Below are positions 1 to 13,120 of a stretch of 64,000 nt of DNA, piece by piece. How positions within the stretch are numbered: the stretch's first letter is position 1; the number at the start of each line of letters is the position of its first letter. The stretch comes from Octopus vulgaris (lineage: Eukaryota): the NCBI GenBank assembly GCA_951406725.2, contig OX597839.1, positions 2,728,001 through 2,792,000 of the forward strand, given 5' to 3'. A program made the translations under genes and the position numbers. Under the pieces are notes generated by a model. The model searched no databases. It was not told where the DNA came from and worked only from the letters and a program-made list of their open reading frames with translations.

Positions 1-214
1 TTTCTATGTTTTTGTTTGTTGGACAGGTCCTCTCCAACATAGCATTTTGTTACTTGTTGCTTTTTGTTTTTCTTGCCTCCTTTGTGAAGTTCAACATTCT
101 GAGATCTGCTTTCACTACTTCAACTTCTATTTAGGTCTCCTGACCCCGCTTTTTTTTTTTTTACCTAACCATCAACTTCATTCTTTATTTTTTAACCCAA
201 CTATCATCCTCCAT

Positions 215-420
215 AGAAGGCTTGTAGCCTAGTGTTTACTGTGTTGCAGGCGTGATTGCAAGATAATGGTTTCAATTCCCCGACCAGGTGGTGCTGTGTG
301 TACTTGAGCAAAAGACTTCATTCATATTAGTCCTGTCTGCTTAGCTGTAACCCTGCAACGGACTGGCATTCCATTCAGGGTTAGTGTTGTGATCTTGGTC
401 ATTTATAAGCTATGAAATCC
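215..420 (+). mobile_element. Degenerate tRNA-derived SINE, family D (CORE-like)
   Basis: A-box-like gcctagtg and B-box-like ggtttcaattcc, followed by cttgagcaaaagacttcatt; homologous to the copy at 638-860. Confidence 0.65.
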
Positions 421-637
421 AGATAGCTGACCTAAAGTTAGGACTAAAAATAGTACTGTCCAAGAGATGATGATGACATCTTTCATATGCATCACATGCC
501 TGTACCAGGTTGTTCACATGCTCTAACATCACACATCCAGGTGAGCAATGCTTACTGATTCGTCTCTTCCCAGTCTTTGCATGCCCTCTACATTCAGCAC
601 TCATATCTTACTACCATTTTTCAGCATTCTTTCTACA

Positions 638-860
638 GTGGAGGTGCATGGCTTAGTGGTTGAGGTGTTGAATTCATGATCGTAAGATGGTGGTTTCGAT
701 TCCTGGATTGGGCAACACATTTTGTTCTTGAGTAAAACACTTCATTTCACATTGCTGGCAAAAATGAGTTATCCTGTGACAGACCAGTGTCCCATCCAGG
801 TGGGGAATTATATGTTATAGAAACCGTTAAACTGAGTTGGTGTGACTCAAGAAGGAAACT
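638..860 (+). mobile_element. tRNA-derived SINE, family D (CORE-like)
   Basis: gtggaggtgcatggcttagtggtt...ggtttcgattcc...cttgagtaaaacacttcatttcac. Related copies lie at about 2060-2340(-), 24367-24684(-), 42635-43170(+) and 53970-54205(+). Confidence 0.8.
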
Positions 861-1262
861 GAGAAAAGAAAACAAAAACAAAAGAAAATCTTTCAACATA
901 AGCATTGCGCAATCAATCCTTTGCTCAGAGATAGGATCTCTTTGTCATCATAATAACTCCCTGAACTTTTTTTTTTTCCACTGTTCTTATTCTGGCTACT
1001 ATGCTTTCAGAATACACTCCCCTATCACTGATTTGGTTGCCTAGGCAACAGAAGCTATCAATTACCTCTACAGTGTTTTCTGAGCATTGAAAAGAACATA
1101 TTTTGCTGTTTGGTGCCGTGACTGTTTACTACTCTAGTAGTACATCTGCCACTTTTTCAAATGAAATTCTATTGTTAAAGTACATAAATACACAGACAGT
1201 TTTAGTCAATATATCCATACAGCTATTATATTATTATATTAGTCAATTTAGCCATACAAATA

Positions 1263-1468
1263 AGGCGACGAGCTGGCAGAATTGTTAGCACGCCAGGCAA
1301 AATTATTAGTAGCATTTTGTCTGTCTTTACATTCTGAATTTAAATTCCACTGAGGTCAACTTTGTTCTTGATCCTTTCTGGGTTAATAAAATAAGTACCA
1401 GTTGAGCATTGGGGTTGATTTTATTGACCTATCCCATCCCTGAAATTGCTGTGCCTAAACTTAAAAGC
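1263..1468 (+). mobile_element. SINE family B, variant 3' tail
   Basis: Head ggcgacgagctggcagaattgttagcacgccaggc, degenerate central gcctttcatcctttcggggtcgataaa..aagtaccag module, and a tail ending gtgcctaaacttaaaa. Confidence 0.75.
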
Positions 1469-1764
1469 ACTATATCCATACAAATGGGTAGATTGTACCA
1501 GAAGTGATTTGAGCCTAATAAGCCTCTAAATTAGGGATCCCTACCCACCAGGCTGTGGACCAACACCCCAATCACCAAACCACTCAGAAAGACTAAATTG
1601 TAAATTTCTATTTCTATTTTATTGACTATTGCAGTTTACAGAGTGTTTTTGCATTATATATGTCACACTCTGACCTTTCATCATCTGACACAAGATCACC
1701 CCCTCCAATGTCCTCCTCCCCTCACAATAATGCTTTATCTTGCAAAGTGATTTAGTGACCCTGC

Positions 1765-2049
1765 TAGTGCTGGTAGTTGCCACTTAAAAAGCACTCACTC
1801 CAAACTGTGAAGTGGTTGGCATTTGGAAAAGCATCCAGCCGTAAAAACCATGCCAATACTGACCTCACATGTGTAAGTGGCATGTAAAAAGAACTCAGCC
1901 CATTCTGCAGAGTGGTTGGTGTTAGGAAGGGCATCCAGCCATAAAAACCATGCCAAAACATACAGAAGCATGGTGCAGGCTCCTACCTGGCCAGCTCCTG
2001 TCAAAGCATCCAACCCAGTATGAAAGAAGGATGTTAAATGATGATGATG
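1765..2049 (+). mobile_element. SINE-like family C with (ATG)n tail
   Basis: gagtggttggtgttaggaagggcatccagcc...ggatgttaaatgatgatgatga, with the head segment duplicated. Other copies: 2475-2642(+), 14186-14485(+), 19724-19932(+), 21216-21400(-), 22805-22982(-), 32805-33016(-), 52731-53120(-), 63130-63525(-). Confidence 0.8.
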
Positions 2050-2647
2050 ATATGTATTACAACTGGCACTCCATTGGTTACAAAATTGTGAAATTAACTT
2101 GCGAGTGGCTGAGCACTCCATAGACATGTGAACCCTATATAGCTCTCAGGAAGATTCAGCGTGATACAGAATTTGACAAAGCTGGCCCTTCCTTTTGAAT
2201 TAGAAGTACAACTCATTTTTGCCAGCTGAGTGAACTGCAGCAATGTGGATTGACGTGTCTTGCTCAAGGACTCAATGTTTCACTGGGAATTGAACTCATG
2301 ACCTTACCGTCATGAGCTAAATAACCTAATGACTAACTACGATTTCACATGTATTATTCATGTTATATATAATACATGTGGGAGATGTAGTGGTTTGCTG
2401 TACTTAAGGCATGCCAAGCTAAGTAAAATCTCTGTCTTCCACACATACAGGCTTGTCCTTTCAGGTGTTGGTGTCACTTAAAAGCACCCAGCACACTTTT
2501 AGTTGGTGTTAGAAAGGGCATCCACCCATAGAAATCATGCCACAACAGACTGTTGGAGTCTGGACAGCTTCCTGCTAGCCAGCTCCATGTCAGACCATCC
2601 AACCCATGCCAACATGGAAAGTGGATGTTAAACGATGATGTTATGTG

Positions 2648-2684
<37 letters not shown>

Positions 2685-2744
2685 TATATATCTGTCACGT
2701 TCACGTACAGTAACAACCATTCTATATATATATATATATCATAT

Positions 2745-3090
2745 AGGAGTGGCTGTGTGGTAAGATGATTGCCTCCTAGCCATATGGTTCTGAGATCAGT
2801 CTCATTGCATGGCACCTTTGGCAAGTGTCTTCTATTACAACCTTGGGCTGACCAAAGCCTTGTGAGTAGATTTGGTGGATGGAAACTGAATGAAGCCTGT
2901 CATGTGTGTGTGTGTGTGTGTGTGAGATTGTGTTTATGTTCCTGTGACTTCGTGATTCAGTAAGAGTCCAATAAAATAAGTACCAGGCTTAAAGGGGGAA
3001 AAAAAAGAAAAAATAAGTACAGGAGTCGATTCATTCAACTTAAAAATTTTCAAGGTGGTGCCCCAGCATGGACACAACCTAAAGATTGAA
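2745..3090 (+). mobile_element. tRNA-derived SINE family A (CORE-like, internal microsatellite)
   Basis: ggagtggctgtgtggtaag...ggcaagtgtcttcta...ggaaactgaa, then (TG)n, then the 3' module ggtggtgccccagcatgg. Confidence 0.75.
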
Positions 3091-3338
3091 GCACACATAT
3101 ATGACAGGCTTCTTTCAGTTTCCATCAACTAGTCTGTGGTGCCAAAAAGATTGGTGACTGCTGCTTTAGCCCATTAGTGTTCACATTATTTTTTTCAAAA
3201 GCAAAGCTTATTTATACACAGGTTTTGGATTAATCCTGCATTATCTTGTAGCTTTGAGATGTTGATGAGGTAACTTAATTTTTAGAATGATATTGTAGGG
3301 TTTGTGGGAGAGGCCAGTTTGAACATAGAGGTATAATA

Positions 3339-3817
3339 GGCGGCGGGCTGGAAGAATCGTTAGCACGCCGGGCAAAATGCTTAGCAGTATTTCGTCTGCC
3401 GCTACGTTCTGAGTTCAAATTCCGCTGAAGTTGACTTTGCCTTTCATCCTTTCGGGCCTCGATTAAATAAGTACCTATTTCTTTACTACCCACATGGGGC
3501 TAAACACAGAGGAGACAAACAAGGACAAATAGACAGATTAAGTCGATTATATTGACTCCAGTGCGTAACTGGTACTTAATTTATCGACCCCGAAAGGATG
3601 AAAGGCAAAGTCGACCTCGGCGGAATTTGAACTCAGAACGTAGCGGCAGACGAAATACAGCTACGCATTTCGCCCGTGTGCTAACGTTTCTGCCAGCTCG
3701 CCGCCTCGATTAAATAAGTACCAGTTACGCACTGGGGTTGATATAATCGACTTAATCCGCTTGTCTGTGCTTGTTTGTCTTCTCTGTGTTTAGCCCCTTG
3801 TGGGTAGTAAAGAAATA
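3339..3817 (+). mobile_element. SINE family B (Tx1-like tail), split by an inverted copy of itself
   Basis: TSD aggtataata at 3329-3338 and 3817-3826; head ggcggcg, tail aaagaaat. Confidence 0.9.
3476..3705 (-). mobile_element. Full-length SINE family B nested antisense in another B copy
   Basis: 17-bp TSD tcgattaaataagtacc at 3459-3475 and 3706-3722. Confidence 0.9.
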
Positions 3818-5580
3818 GGTATAATATTAGGGCCAGATATGGCCTGTTTAAAATGCTCAAGGGTTAACTCATCACTTTATTAGAAATAGTAGTCAGATTT
3901 GCCTCAGCCTACATTATATCATTTAAAAATATAAAAAAAAAATTAGAATATAGAGTCTAAGATATACCGTGCCTGAGAAGCCAAATGGTAATGTGTTTAA
4001 TGGCTTTGATCTTATTGTTTGCACCGTAAGAGCTGTGGTATCATGATGTCATTTTTTTGTAACAAAACCACTTGATTCTTCATCTTTTAACAATTGGCAG
4101 AAGTGTTTTGTGATCTGCACGGTCTTTCCCCAACAGTTCACATTTTTTTTTTTTAAATATTTCCTGATACTGTCATTCATTGGATGTTCCTTCTGCTTCT
4201 GGAATGCAAAGCATCTCTCAATAATATTACATTTCAAACATCTTGATTGTTATCTCAGCTTTTGGTATCTAAGCGTTCCTTGATATCGTTACTCTTCAAG
4301 ACTGAATTTTATTAAGTGGTAAAAAAAAAATTCACCGAGATAAAAGAACAGAATTATATCCATTCCTGTTTCTTTGTCAAAGTACAAAGGAAATAAAGAG
4401 TTTGAATGAGAGAGAGAAAGAGAGGTGGGGGCAGGGAGAGCCTGTTTTAATTGCAACCGATTCTCTTAATGAATAATGAATATCTGGATGGTTTATCTAT
4501 GATGCCTATTTTCTTGCCCTCCCCCTACGAGATTAAAGTAAATATATATAAATAATCTTTCTTCATTAGAAGTTTCATTTACTGTCACATTAAACATATT
4601 AATTGATTAATTTCTGTAATTTTATTACTATTAATCTATGCTTCATAATTGTACCTCAGTGTATGTATGTGTGTGTATAGTCACACACACACACAAATGT
4701 GAGTATATATGAAATAAAGATATAGAACTATAACTGATAACGACAGAAATGTATATATATATGTGTGTGTGTATACATATGCAAATATGTATTTATATGT
4801 GTATGTTTGTGTGTAATATATATATATATATATATATATATCCTACATTTCTGTCATCAATTATAGCCTATAGCTGTATACCTATGTTTATATATATATA
4901 TATACATACACATACATACATACACACACATGTTTGTATGTGTGTGTGTATAAGATATGATTCATTTTTGGCATTATTAATCATGGTTTTGTATCTATAT
5001 TTCAAAGTATCTTTTATATATAGAAAATCAAACACCTAATGATATTTTCTATGGAATCCAATTTAAGAATTCCTTGGTAAATTCTTTTATGGGCAAATAA
5101 ATCAGTGAGTGGTATAACAGTTAGCTTTCCAATCTCAAGATTTCTGATTCAATTCCACCACATGGCACCTATGGCAAAGTATATTCTTCGATAACCTTAA
5201 GCCAATTCCTTCTGAGCCTTGTGAATGAAAATGGTAGATTGTAATTGAAGCAGGCATGGCTGTGCAGTCAGAAGTTTGCTTCCTAATCTCATGGTTTTGG
5301 GTTCAGTTCCACTGCATGGCACTTTAGCCAATGTCATCTGATTTAGCCCCAGGCTGACCAAGACCATGTGAGCAGATTTGGTTGATAGAAAATGAAAGAA
5401 ACCATTTGTAAGTGGATGTTAAACAATAATGATGATGATGAAGAGAAAAGTAAGAGAATAGTTTCCAACCACATTTTGCCTGTGGACCTCTTTGGTTCCT
5501 AATTTACTCTACTGAACCCTCAACCCTGGTTGAGAATTGCTGGGTTATCCTATCTTCAGGCTGGAAATCTGGTCCGAATA

Positions 5581-5745
5581 TACAATGGGGTGCTGAAAAG
5601 TTCCTGGCTTTAAGGATATCACAAAAGGCCTGCCTGGAGGAGGCCTAACATTCCGAGTTCTTTTACAGGGCTTAGAAAAACTGAAGGACCACTACAATAA
5701 GTGTGTGAATCTGAGAAGGGAATATGTTGAATAAAATTATAATTA
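5581..5745 (+). mobile_element. Truncated mariner-derived MITE
   Basis: Left TIR-like ggggtgctgaaaagttcctggcttta; encodes the mariner C-terminal remnant GLEKLKDHYNKCVNLRREYVE*; homologous to 15098-15319. Confidence 0.8.
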
Positions 5746-7344
5746 GGCTGTACATGAAGTTAGTCTATTCAATTTCAGTTGGTAGACAGGAAAAAGGGGA
5801 CACAAGGCTGAGCCATGTTCATTGCAAAACTTGATTCACCTGTGTTAACTTATTGAGGAAAATGTAGCCGTTATCTAATGGTACTTGATACTTTCCAACA
5901 ACAACAACATCTTACAGGACCAACAAGTTTTTATTGATATCACCTACCCCTGCATGCCAACTATTTTAAATCTCCATCTCTCCCTCCTCTGCAATTTTAC
6001 GTCTTCTTAAAAGTGGAGATGCCAAGTTGTAGGTGTGTGTGTGTGTGGAGGGGGGATTACACAAGGGATTACATAATGTCAAAAGAAATTATTTTTCTAG
6101 TATTATTTCATTTTATTTTTTTTTTTCCTGCTTCTACTTCTGTTGGGGGAAAGTGGTAGTGGGAGGTGAGGGGGAATTAAAATTTTTTTTTTTTTTAATA
6201 TTTTTAAATCCAGTGTAATCCTCTTTCAGTCAGTGAATAACTATCGGAATAACTCACTCATGGATGTATAAATCAGTGCGGGGTCGGGGGTGTAGAGCCA
6301 TAGAAAGAGTAGTGAAGAAGGGTCATGGTGGTGGCGGTGGGGAAGTAAACATTTCTGAGTCATAATATTCACCCACCCACCCACTCATCCATTCATCCAT
6401 ACCTCTGCTTTCAGTGGAGGTGCAGGTTAGGAGTAAATGAAAATGATGATGATGATGATGATGATCAATCTGTATACATATCCTAAAACTCTGAAGATCT
6501 TTGCTAGAAATTCTTGGTAAAAACGAAAAAATAAATTTTTTCTCTCTTTTTTTAACTTTTAAAAAAAAATCTGTGCTCTCCCCAGCTCCCCGCTGCCCCA
6601 TCCTTCCCATGGATTACATTGTAGTAAACAAAATGGAAATATGTTAAATGTGCTGAAAAACCAAAGTTGGCATCATTGAACTGACACGTATTGTTTATAG
6701 TGTGTCTGTGTGTGTATATATATATACATACACACATGCGTATGTATGCGTGTATATCTAGTTAAGACAGAATGTCATTTAACCATTCTGTTTCATACCG
6801 GGAGATTTTTATGGCATTGTGTCTTTATTGTAAATTGTGTGTGTGTATATATGTGTATATGTATAAGTGTGTGTATGTATGTATGTATATGTATGTATAT
6901 ATATATATATATATATGAGTTTGTATGTGCACATGTGTATTAGTATTTATATTTGTGTGTATGTATGTGCATATATATGTGTGTATATGTGTGTGTGAAT
7001 GTTTACTCATGTATGTGTAAGTCTCTCTCTCTCTATATATATGTTTGTGTGTATATAGATATATATATATATATATGTGTGTGTGTATTTATTTGGGGCT
7101 GATCATTCACACTGTCTCTACTCATTTTCCTGTCATGTATGCTCCTTCACTGGAAAGCCTCTTCTACAATGGTGTAATGAAGTGAATCATCAGTCTCGAA
7201 CAAATATACTCTATTACATGTACTGAGTAGTTTCTCTCCTGTTTGTTTACTCAGTTGTATATGTGTGTCATCATCATCATCATTTAATGCATGTCTTCCT
7301 TGCTGGCTTCAGTCGGATTCTTCGGCAGGTACCCATAGGTTTAA

Positions 7345-7574
7345 GGCGGTGAGCTGGCAGAATCGTTAGCACGCCGGGCAAAATGCTTAGCAGTATTTTG
7401 TCTGGTGCTACGTTCTGAGTTCAAATTCTGCCGAGGTCGACTTTGCCTTTCATCCTTTCAGGGTCAATTAAATAAGTGCCACTTACGCACTGGAGTCAAT
7501 ATAATCAACTTAATCCGTCTGTCTGTCCTTGTTTGTCCTCTCTGTGTTTAGCCCCCTGTGGGTAGTAAAGAAAT
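7345..7574 (+). mobile_element. Full-length SINE family B
   Basis: TSD aggtacccataggtttaa (7327-7344) and aggtacccatgggttgaa (7575-7592). Confidence 0.9.
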
Positions 7575-8784
7575 AGGTACCCATGGGTTGAAAGACTACA
7601 TCATGTCCAAATGTCCGTTTTGGAAAGGTTTCTTCAGCAGGATGCCCTTCATATGGCCAACTTCTTTACAGAGTATATTGGATGGTATTTTTTTCTTTGT
7701 GGCTGTATGGTATGAAGCTTGCTTCCCAACCACATGGTTCAACGTTCAGTCCCACTGTGTGGCATCTTGGGCAAGTGTCTTGTACTATAGCCTCGGGCCA
7801 AGCAATGCCTTGCGAGTGGATTTGCCTTTCATTCATTCAGGGTGGATAAATTAAGTACCAGTGAAACACTGGGGTCAATGTAATCAATGCATCCCCTTCC
7901 CCAAAATGGCTGTTCTTGTGGCAAAATTTAAAGCCATAATTATTATGATTATTATTATTATATTTATTATTATTATCAAGGTGGCAAGCTGGTAGAATCA
8001 TTTGCATGCCAGGAAAAATGCTTAGCAACATTTCATCCGTCTTTATATTCTGAATTCAAATTCCGCCATGGTTGACTTTGCCTTTTAACCTTTTAGAGTC
8101 GATGAAATAAGTGCTAGTTGATTTCTGGGGTCAATGTAATCAACTTACCCCAACCCCGAAAATTTCTGGTCTTGTGCCAAATTTTGAAACCATTACTATG
8201 TGTGTGTGTGTGTGTGTAATCTATATAGATTCATATAAACCTTAACATTTTCTCTCTCTTGTGTGTTTGTTGTGTTAATTTTGTTTTAATTTCTTCCAGT
8301 CTGGATTGCTTTAGTGTTGTAGTGTTTAGTTCCATTTAGTGTTATTCACTAAGGGAATAACATTTTTTTTGTTCATTCACACTAATGGCAATTTCCTTGT
8401 CTTTGGAATCATTATTCATTTGTAGCAGCTCATTTTACAATGCTGTGCACATTCTCCATTACATAAAGTGGTATGTGTATCGGGAATTATTTTGATTTGT
8501 CTTGAGAATACATCTCTGTCTCCTTCCTACTCTCCTCCGTTTTTTCTATATCATATCATATGGTATAATGTATGTGTGCAACTAAACTGAAGAGACACAT
8601 GAAAATAAAATCAAGCTTACATATTGAAATACATACTGTATTCTATATCTTTTCCAGTCATGATAGTGTTTCTAGTAGTCAAATGTTCATGGAAATATAT
8701 GGGCACGTGATGCTTTCATCAGTAGATTTGCGAAAAAGAGTTTTATAAGAATTTTTGTTGTTCATGTACAGTTTAAATCTACAG

Positions 8785-8973
8785 GAACCGGTCAGCCAAG
8801 TGGCGTCCTGTTTGCCCGATGTATAGAGAAGGGTGGAGAGAGCAGGAGATGCAGTAGATGACATCATTAGAAGTGCAAGTGATGGAGTCGGTGATATGTT
8901 AGGGTCGATGATGGGTGCCGGTGAGGAGGGTGGTGTTGGAGAGGTAGGGGCAAGTGTGGCAGCATGGACGAGC
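8785..8973 (-). pseudogene. Penelope-like element fragment: Cys-rich linker plus GIY-YIG endonuclease
   Basis: Minus-strand translation ARPCCHTCPYLSNTTLLTGTHHRP*HITDSITCTSNDVIYCISCSLHPSLYIGQTGRHLADRF contains the VIY...YIGQT..L..RF GIY-YIG signature and one in-frame stop. Confidence 0.88.
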
Positions 8974-9019
8974 CAGATTGGGAAGTTGGGTTAGGGAAGA
9001 AGCTGTGGATATACATGTG

Positions 9020-9185
9020 TGTGAATCGTTGGCAATGTTTTTTCCTCCATCTTCCTTTTCCATTGGACCTTCCTCTGTTTCTGAAGGAGAGCTTTAGTTG
9101 AAACCATAAGCCACCCTCTTTCTTTCCTTGAGCATCTGTTAATACTTTACATGTACCACATCCTCATGTTGTTGTTTTTGTTGTT
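9020..9185 (+). mobile_element. Probable Penelope pseudo-LTR segment with a degenerate hammerhead core
   Basis: ctgaaggagagctttagttgaaac resembles CUGAnGA-stemII-GAAA; it is adjacent and inverted relative to the GIY-YIG fragment. Confidence 0.45.
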
Positions 9186-10060
9186 GTGTGTGTGTGTATT
9201 TATGATGGTTTTCATCTACCAAATCCATTCACAAAACATTGTCTGCCATGAGGCTATAGCAGAAGACACTTGCCCAAAGTGTCACACAGTGGGACGGAAC
9301 CTCAAACCGTGAGGTTTGGAAGCAAACTTCTCAACCACACGGCCATACCTGTGCCTAGAATGTAAAATCATCTTAAAGAAACAAGCTGTTATAAGGAATA
9401 AGATTTACACTTTTTATCCCCTTGTAAACATGCTCCTAAGTATTTCCTGGCTCATTATAAACCTTAATCAATAATTCCAAAATCAATTTGACTTTACTGA
9501 ATGCTATCAGACATATTTCTCTTGTTTTTTTTTCTTCTTGGTTCCCTTGTTTCTACTTCACCAACAAAAAAAAAAACCCTTATTTAAATATTCTCACACA
9601 CATTCAGTTCCCTCCCTTATGAATGTGTTCTTTTTAATACGATTTAATCGCCTGCATATTTAATTCAATAAATTTCCTGCTCTCCCCTCGTGCACCCACA
9701 ATTTCCTACAAACATTTTCCTTGTTCAATTTTCCTTGTAAGACTTTTATACTTTATAGTTAACACCTTCACATGAATATAATGTACACTTTTAATATGAT
9801 TTGTTTTACAATTTAATCATGTGCTTGCTTGCTTTATTTAACAATTTTAATAATCCACATGGTATTTTCCCATGGAAGTGTATTTTCTGTATGCATTTAT
9901 TATTATATTTATTTTTTTTTCTAGTCAGTGTAGTTACTGTACATCTATTCCCACCCACTCTGCCTCAATCTTTCCTTTTATAGAATTCAGGGATTCAACA
10001 AAGTTCAATGAATTTTCTTCAGCACCCAAACTCAACTTAGTTTCTTATATTTTTTGCATA

Positions 10061-10460
10061 GGCGCAGGAGTGGCTGTGTGGTAAGTAGCTTGCTTACCAA
10101 CCACATGGTTCTGGGTTCAGTCCCACTATGTGGTACCTTGGGCAAGTGTCTTCTACTATAGTCTCGGGCTGACCAAAGCCTTGTGAGTAGATTTGGTAGA
10201 CAGAAGCTGAAAGAAGCCTGTCGTATATATGTATATATATGTATGTGTGTGTATATGATTGTGTGTCTGTGTTTGTCCCCCCAACATCGCTTGACAACCG
10301 ATGGTGGTGTGTTTACGTCCCCGTAACTTAGCAGTTCAGCAAAAGAGACCAATAGAATAAGTATAGGCTTGCAAAGAATAAGTCCTGGGGTCGATTTGCT
10401 TGACTAAAGGCGGTGCTCCAGCATGGTTGCCGTCAAATGACTGAAACAAGTAAAAAGAGT
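10061..10460 (+). mobile_element. Full-length SINE family A
   Basis: ggcgcaggagtggctgtgtggtaag (A-box), gggttcagtccc (B-box), CORE-like ttgggcaagtgtcttctact, an internal (TA/TG)n tract and the tail gtcaaatgactgaaacaagtaaaa. Confidence 0.9.
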
Positions 10461-11213
10461 ACTACACATATATATATGTGTGTGCGGGGGTGGCTTTGTG
10501 GTAAGGAGGTTGCTTCCCACTGCATGGCACCTTCGGAAAATGTCTTCCACTATAGCCTTGGTCCAACCAAGGTCTTGTGTAGACAGAAACTGAAAGAAGC
10601 CCATTCGTGTGTGTCTGTGTTTGTATTTGTCCTTCACCACTGCATGACAAATCTTCCTTTACTTATTTCAATTATGGGAATGTTTTCATGTTGGAACATC
10701 ACCTTCAAGGGATTTAGTCAAACAAATCAGCTCCACTATTTGTCAAGTATCAGATAGTATTGGGCTGAGTGATATTTGTGTTGTTGGCTAGACTCATGTT
10801 GTATAGGATGTCTGTGAAATTGTGTGTATGCATGTAAATCTGTACATTTGCTGCTAGATTTGTTTCAGATTAAAAAAGGAAAATGTAGGGATTTCAATGT
10901 TTTTGAATGTATTTTTTTTTATTTTCAAATATTTTTTTTTGTTTTTGTTTCATAGATTTTTTTATTTTATGATAATTGGTCCTGATCAGTGTCTGCATTA
11001 GGATTTTTAACATGTTACAAATATCGAAGGGCATTTGTATTTTTGTTGTTTGTAGAGTCGATGCTCCTAAAGGAAAAACAAACAACAAAACCCAATTCCG
11101 TTTGGCTTTGTTAAGGCACTAGAATTTGCTGCTAATAAAATTCCATATGCCATACTGCCCATTTAGAAAAATTGTATTGGATTTCATTTCATTTGTCTAT
11201 TCTCTCTCTTTCC

Positions 11214-11253
<40 letters not shown>

Positions 11254-11759
11254 TTTGCTTCTGTCAACGGAATTCTTTGATGTTCTTTTTCTCTAATGGC
11301 TGAATTAATTCCAACCAAATCAACAATGCTGCCTTAGAAATCCTGATTCTTGTTGTTGAAAGTCATTCTAGTAATTTACACATGAGAAAAGCATGGGGAG
11401 GAGAGAGGGAGATGCGGAAGAGGAGGAAAACTTTACTGACGAAATAATATAAATATATCTGAAATACATTATAAATATCTGAAATACATTAGCAAACAAA
11501 TAATAGGAGTAATTCTTCTTTGTATGGGATGTTGTTCGCATTGGTTGTTGTTTTGCTGGTGTTTTAGCTATTTTTTCTCCCCAATGTCAGCAGTTGTAAA
11601 GGTTTTTTTATTTTTACAGATAAATCACAAAGAAAATTGTTTCTTCATTCAAGAAATAACTTTGTAGCTGTTTTGTGTGTGTGTGTACGTGTCTGTGATT
11701 TAAAAAAAAAATTGCTCTTTGATGTCAGCAGTAAATCAGTTTTGATGAATTTGATAAAA

Positions 11760-11829
11760 AACACACACACACATTCACATATCTATACACATGTATATGT
11801 TCATGTTTACATATATATATGTTTGTTTG

Positions 11830-11870
<41 letters not shown>

Positions 11871-11961
11871 ATGCATGTATGTATATATGTATGTTTGCAT
11901 GTGTGTGTGTATATGTATGCATGTGTATGTTTGCATATGTATGTATGTATATATATATATA

Positions 11962-12005
<44 letters not shown>

Positions 12006-12074
12006 CATACAGGGTGTGATGGGTAAATTATGGAAGTTCTATCTAAAGTCCCAGGACTCGTAGCGCCTGTAACT

Positions 12075-12110
<36 letters not shown>
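11760..12110. repeat. Compound (CA)/(TA)/(TG) microsatellite
   Basis: Visible dinucleotide repeats; source of spurious YI/CV ORFs. Confidence 0.95.
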
Positions 12111-12111
<1 letters not shown>

Positions 12112-12925
12112 ATGTTTGTATTCGTCTGTTCCCACTGTTTGATGGCTAGTGTTGGTTTCTTTGCCTCCCTGTAGCTTAGCAGTTTATCAAAAGCAATCCA
12201 TATCAGACTAAAACAAGACCCCCACTGCAAAAAAAAAAAAATCAAAAAATATTAGTCCTGATTTAACTTGTGCTCCAGCATGGCTACTGTCCAATGATTG
12301 AAACAAGTGAAAGATTAAAGATAGAAAAATTACTTTGGCTAACCCTTTCTGTTGTTTGTCATTAAGTGTTTTTTTCTTAATCCTCTGCTTTAATGATATG
12401 CAACTATTCTTCAAGTATAAAACCACTTGTGGCAAGGCTTGCTGTCACAACACTTGAATACTCAAGTGGGGGTTTCCTAAAGTACGCTGATTTAGATTTT
12501 GCTTGACTGAATGCTGGCAAGTTTGTGTTCGTATGCTTGAGAGGAAACGGGAGTTCTTATGTTTCAAGTAGAACCCTTCATTAAAGACAAGAAATACTTA
12601 CATTCAGTTTTTTATCCAAAGAGGGACCCACCTGCTTGGATTGTAGGTTAACTAATACCTTGTAAGTGAATTTGGTAGATGGGAACTGCAAGGAAGCCTG
12701 TTGTATGTGTGTGTGTTTGCATTTTGTTTGGCCCTCACCATTTCTTGGCAACAAGTGGTTTATGCCTCTGTGACTTAGCAGTTCAGCAAAAGGACTGATA
12801 GAATAAGTACCAGACTTTAAAAATTAGTACTGGGGGTCGATTTGTTTGACTAAAACCCTTGAAGGCAGTGCAATTGAATGGTCGCAGTCCAATGACTGAA
12901 ACAGGTAAAAGAAAAAAAAAATAGC

Positions 12926-13067
12926 TTAGGCTTGCTTCCTTACCACATGGTTCCAGGTTCAGTCCATTGTGTGGCGCCTTGGGTAAATTTCTTCTACTCT
13001 AGTCTTGGGCCTATCAAAGCCTTGTAAGTGAATTTGGTTCATGGAAACTGAAAGAAGCCTGTCAAAA

Positions 13068-13120
<53 letters not shown>

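Larger units (their letters stand above)
3166..3867. mobile_element. piggyBac-like (TTAA) MITE interrupted by nested family B SINEs
   Basis: Body is homologous to 16949-17167 and the right end is aagggttaa. It is split by the SINE insertion at 3339-3817. Confidence 0.7.

Noticed and set aside
6552-6737. ORF ending HRFFFKS, resembling the Dishevelled YKFFFKS motif
   Set aside because: Opposite strand to the dvl exon, followed immediately by a stop, with no other DIX similarity.
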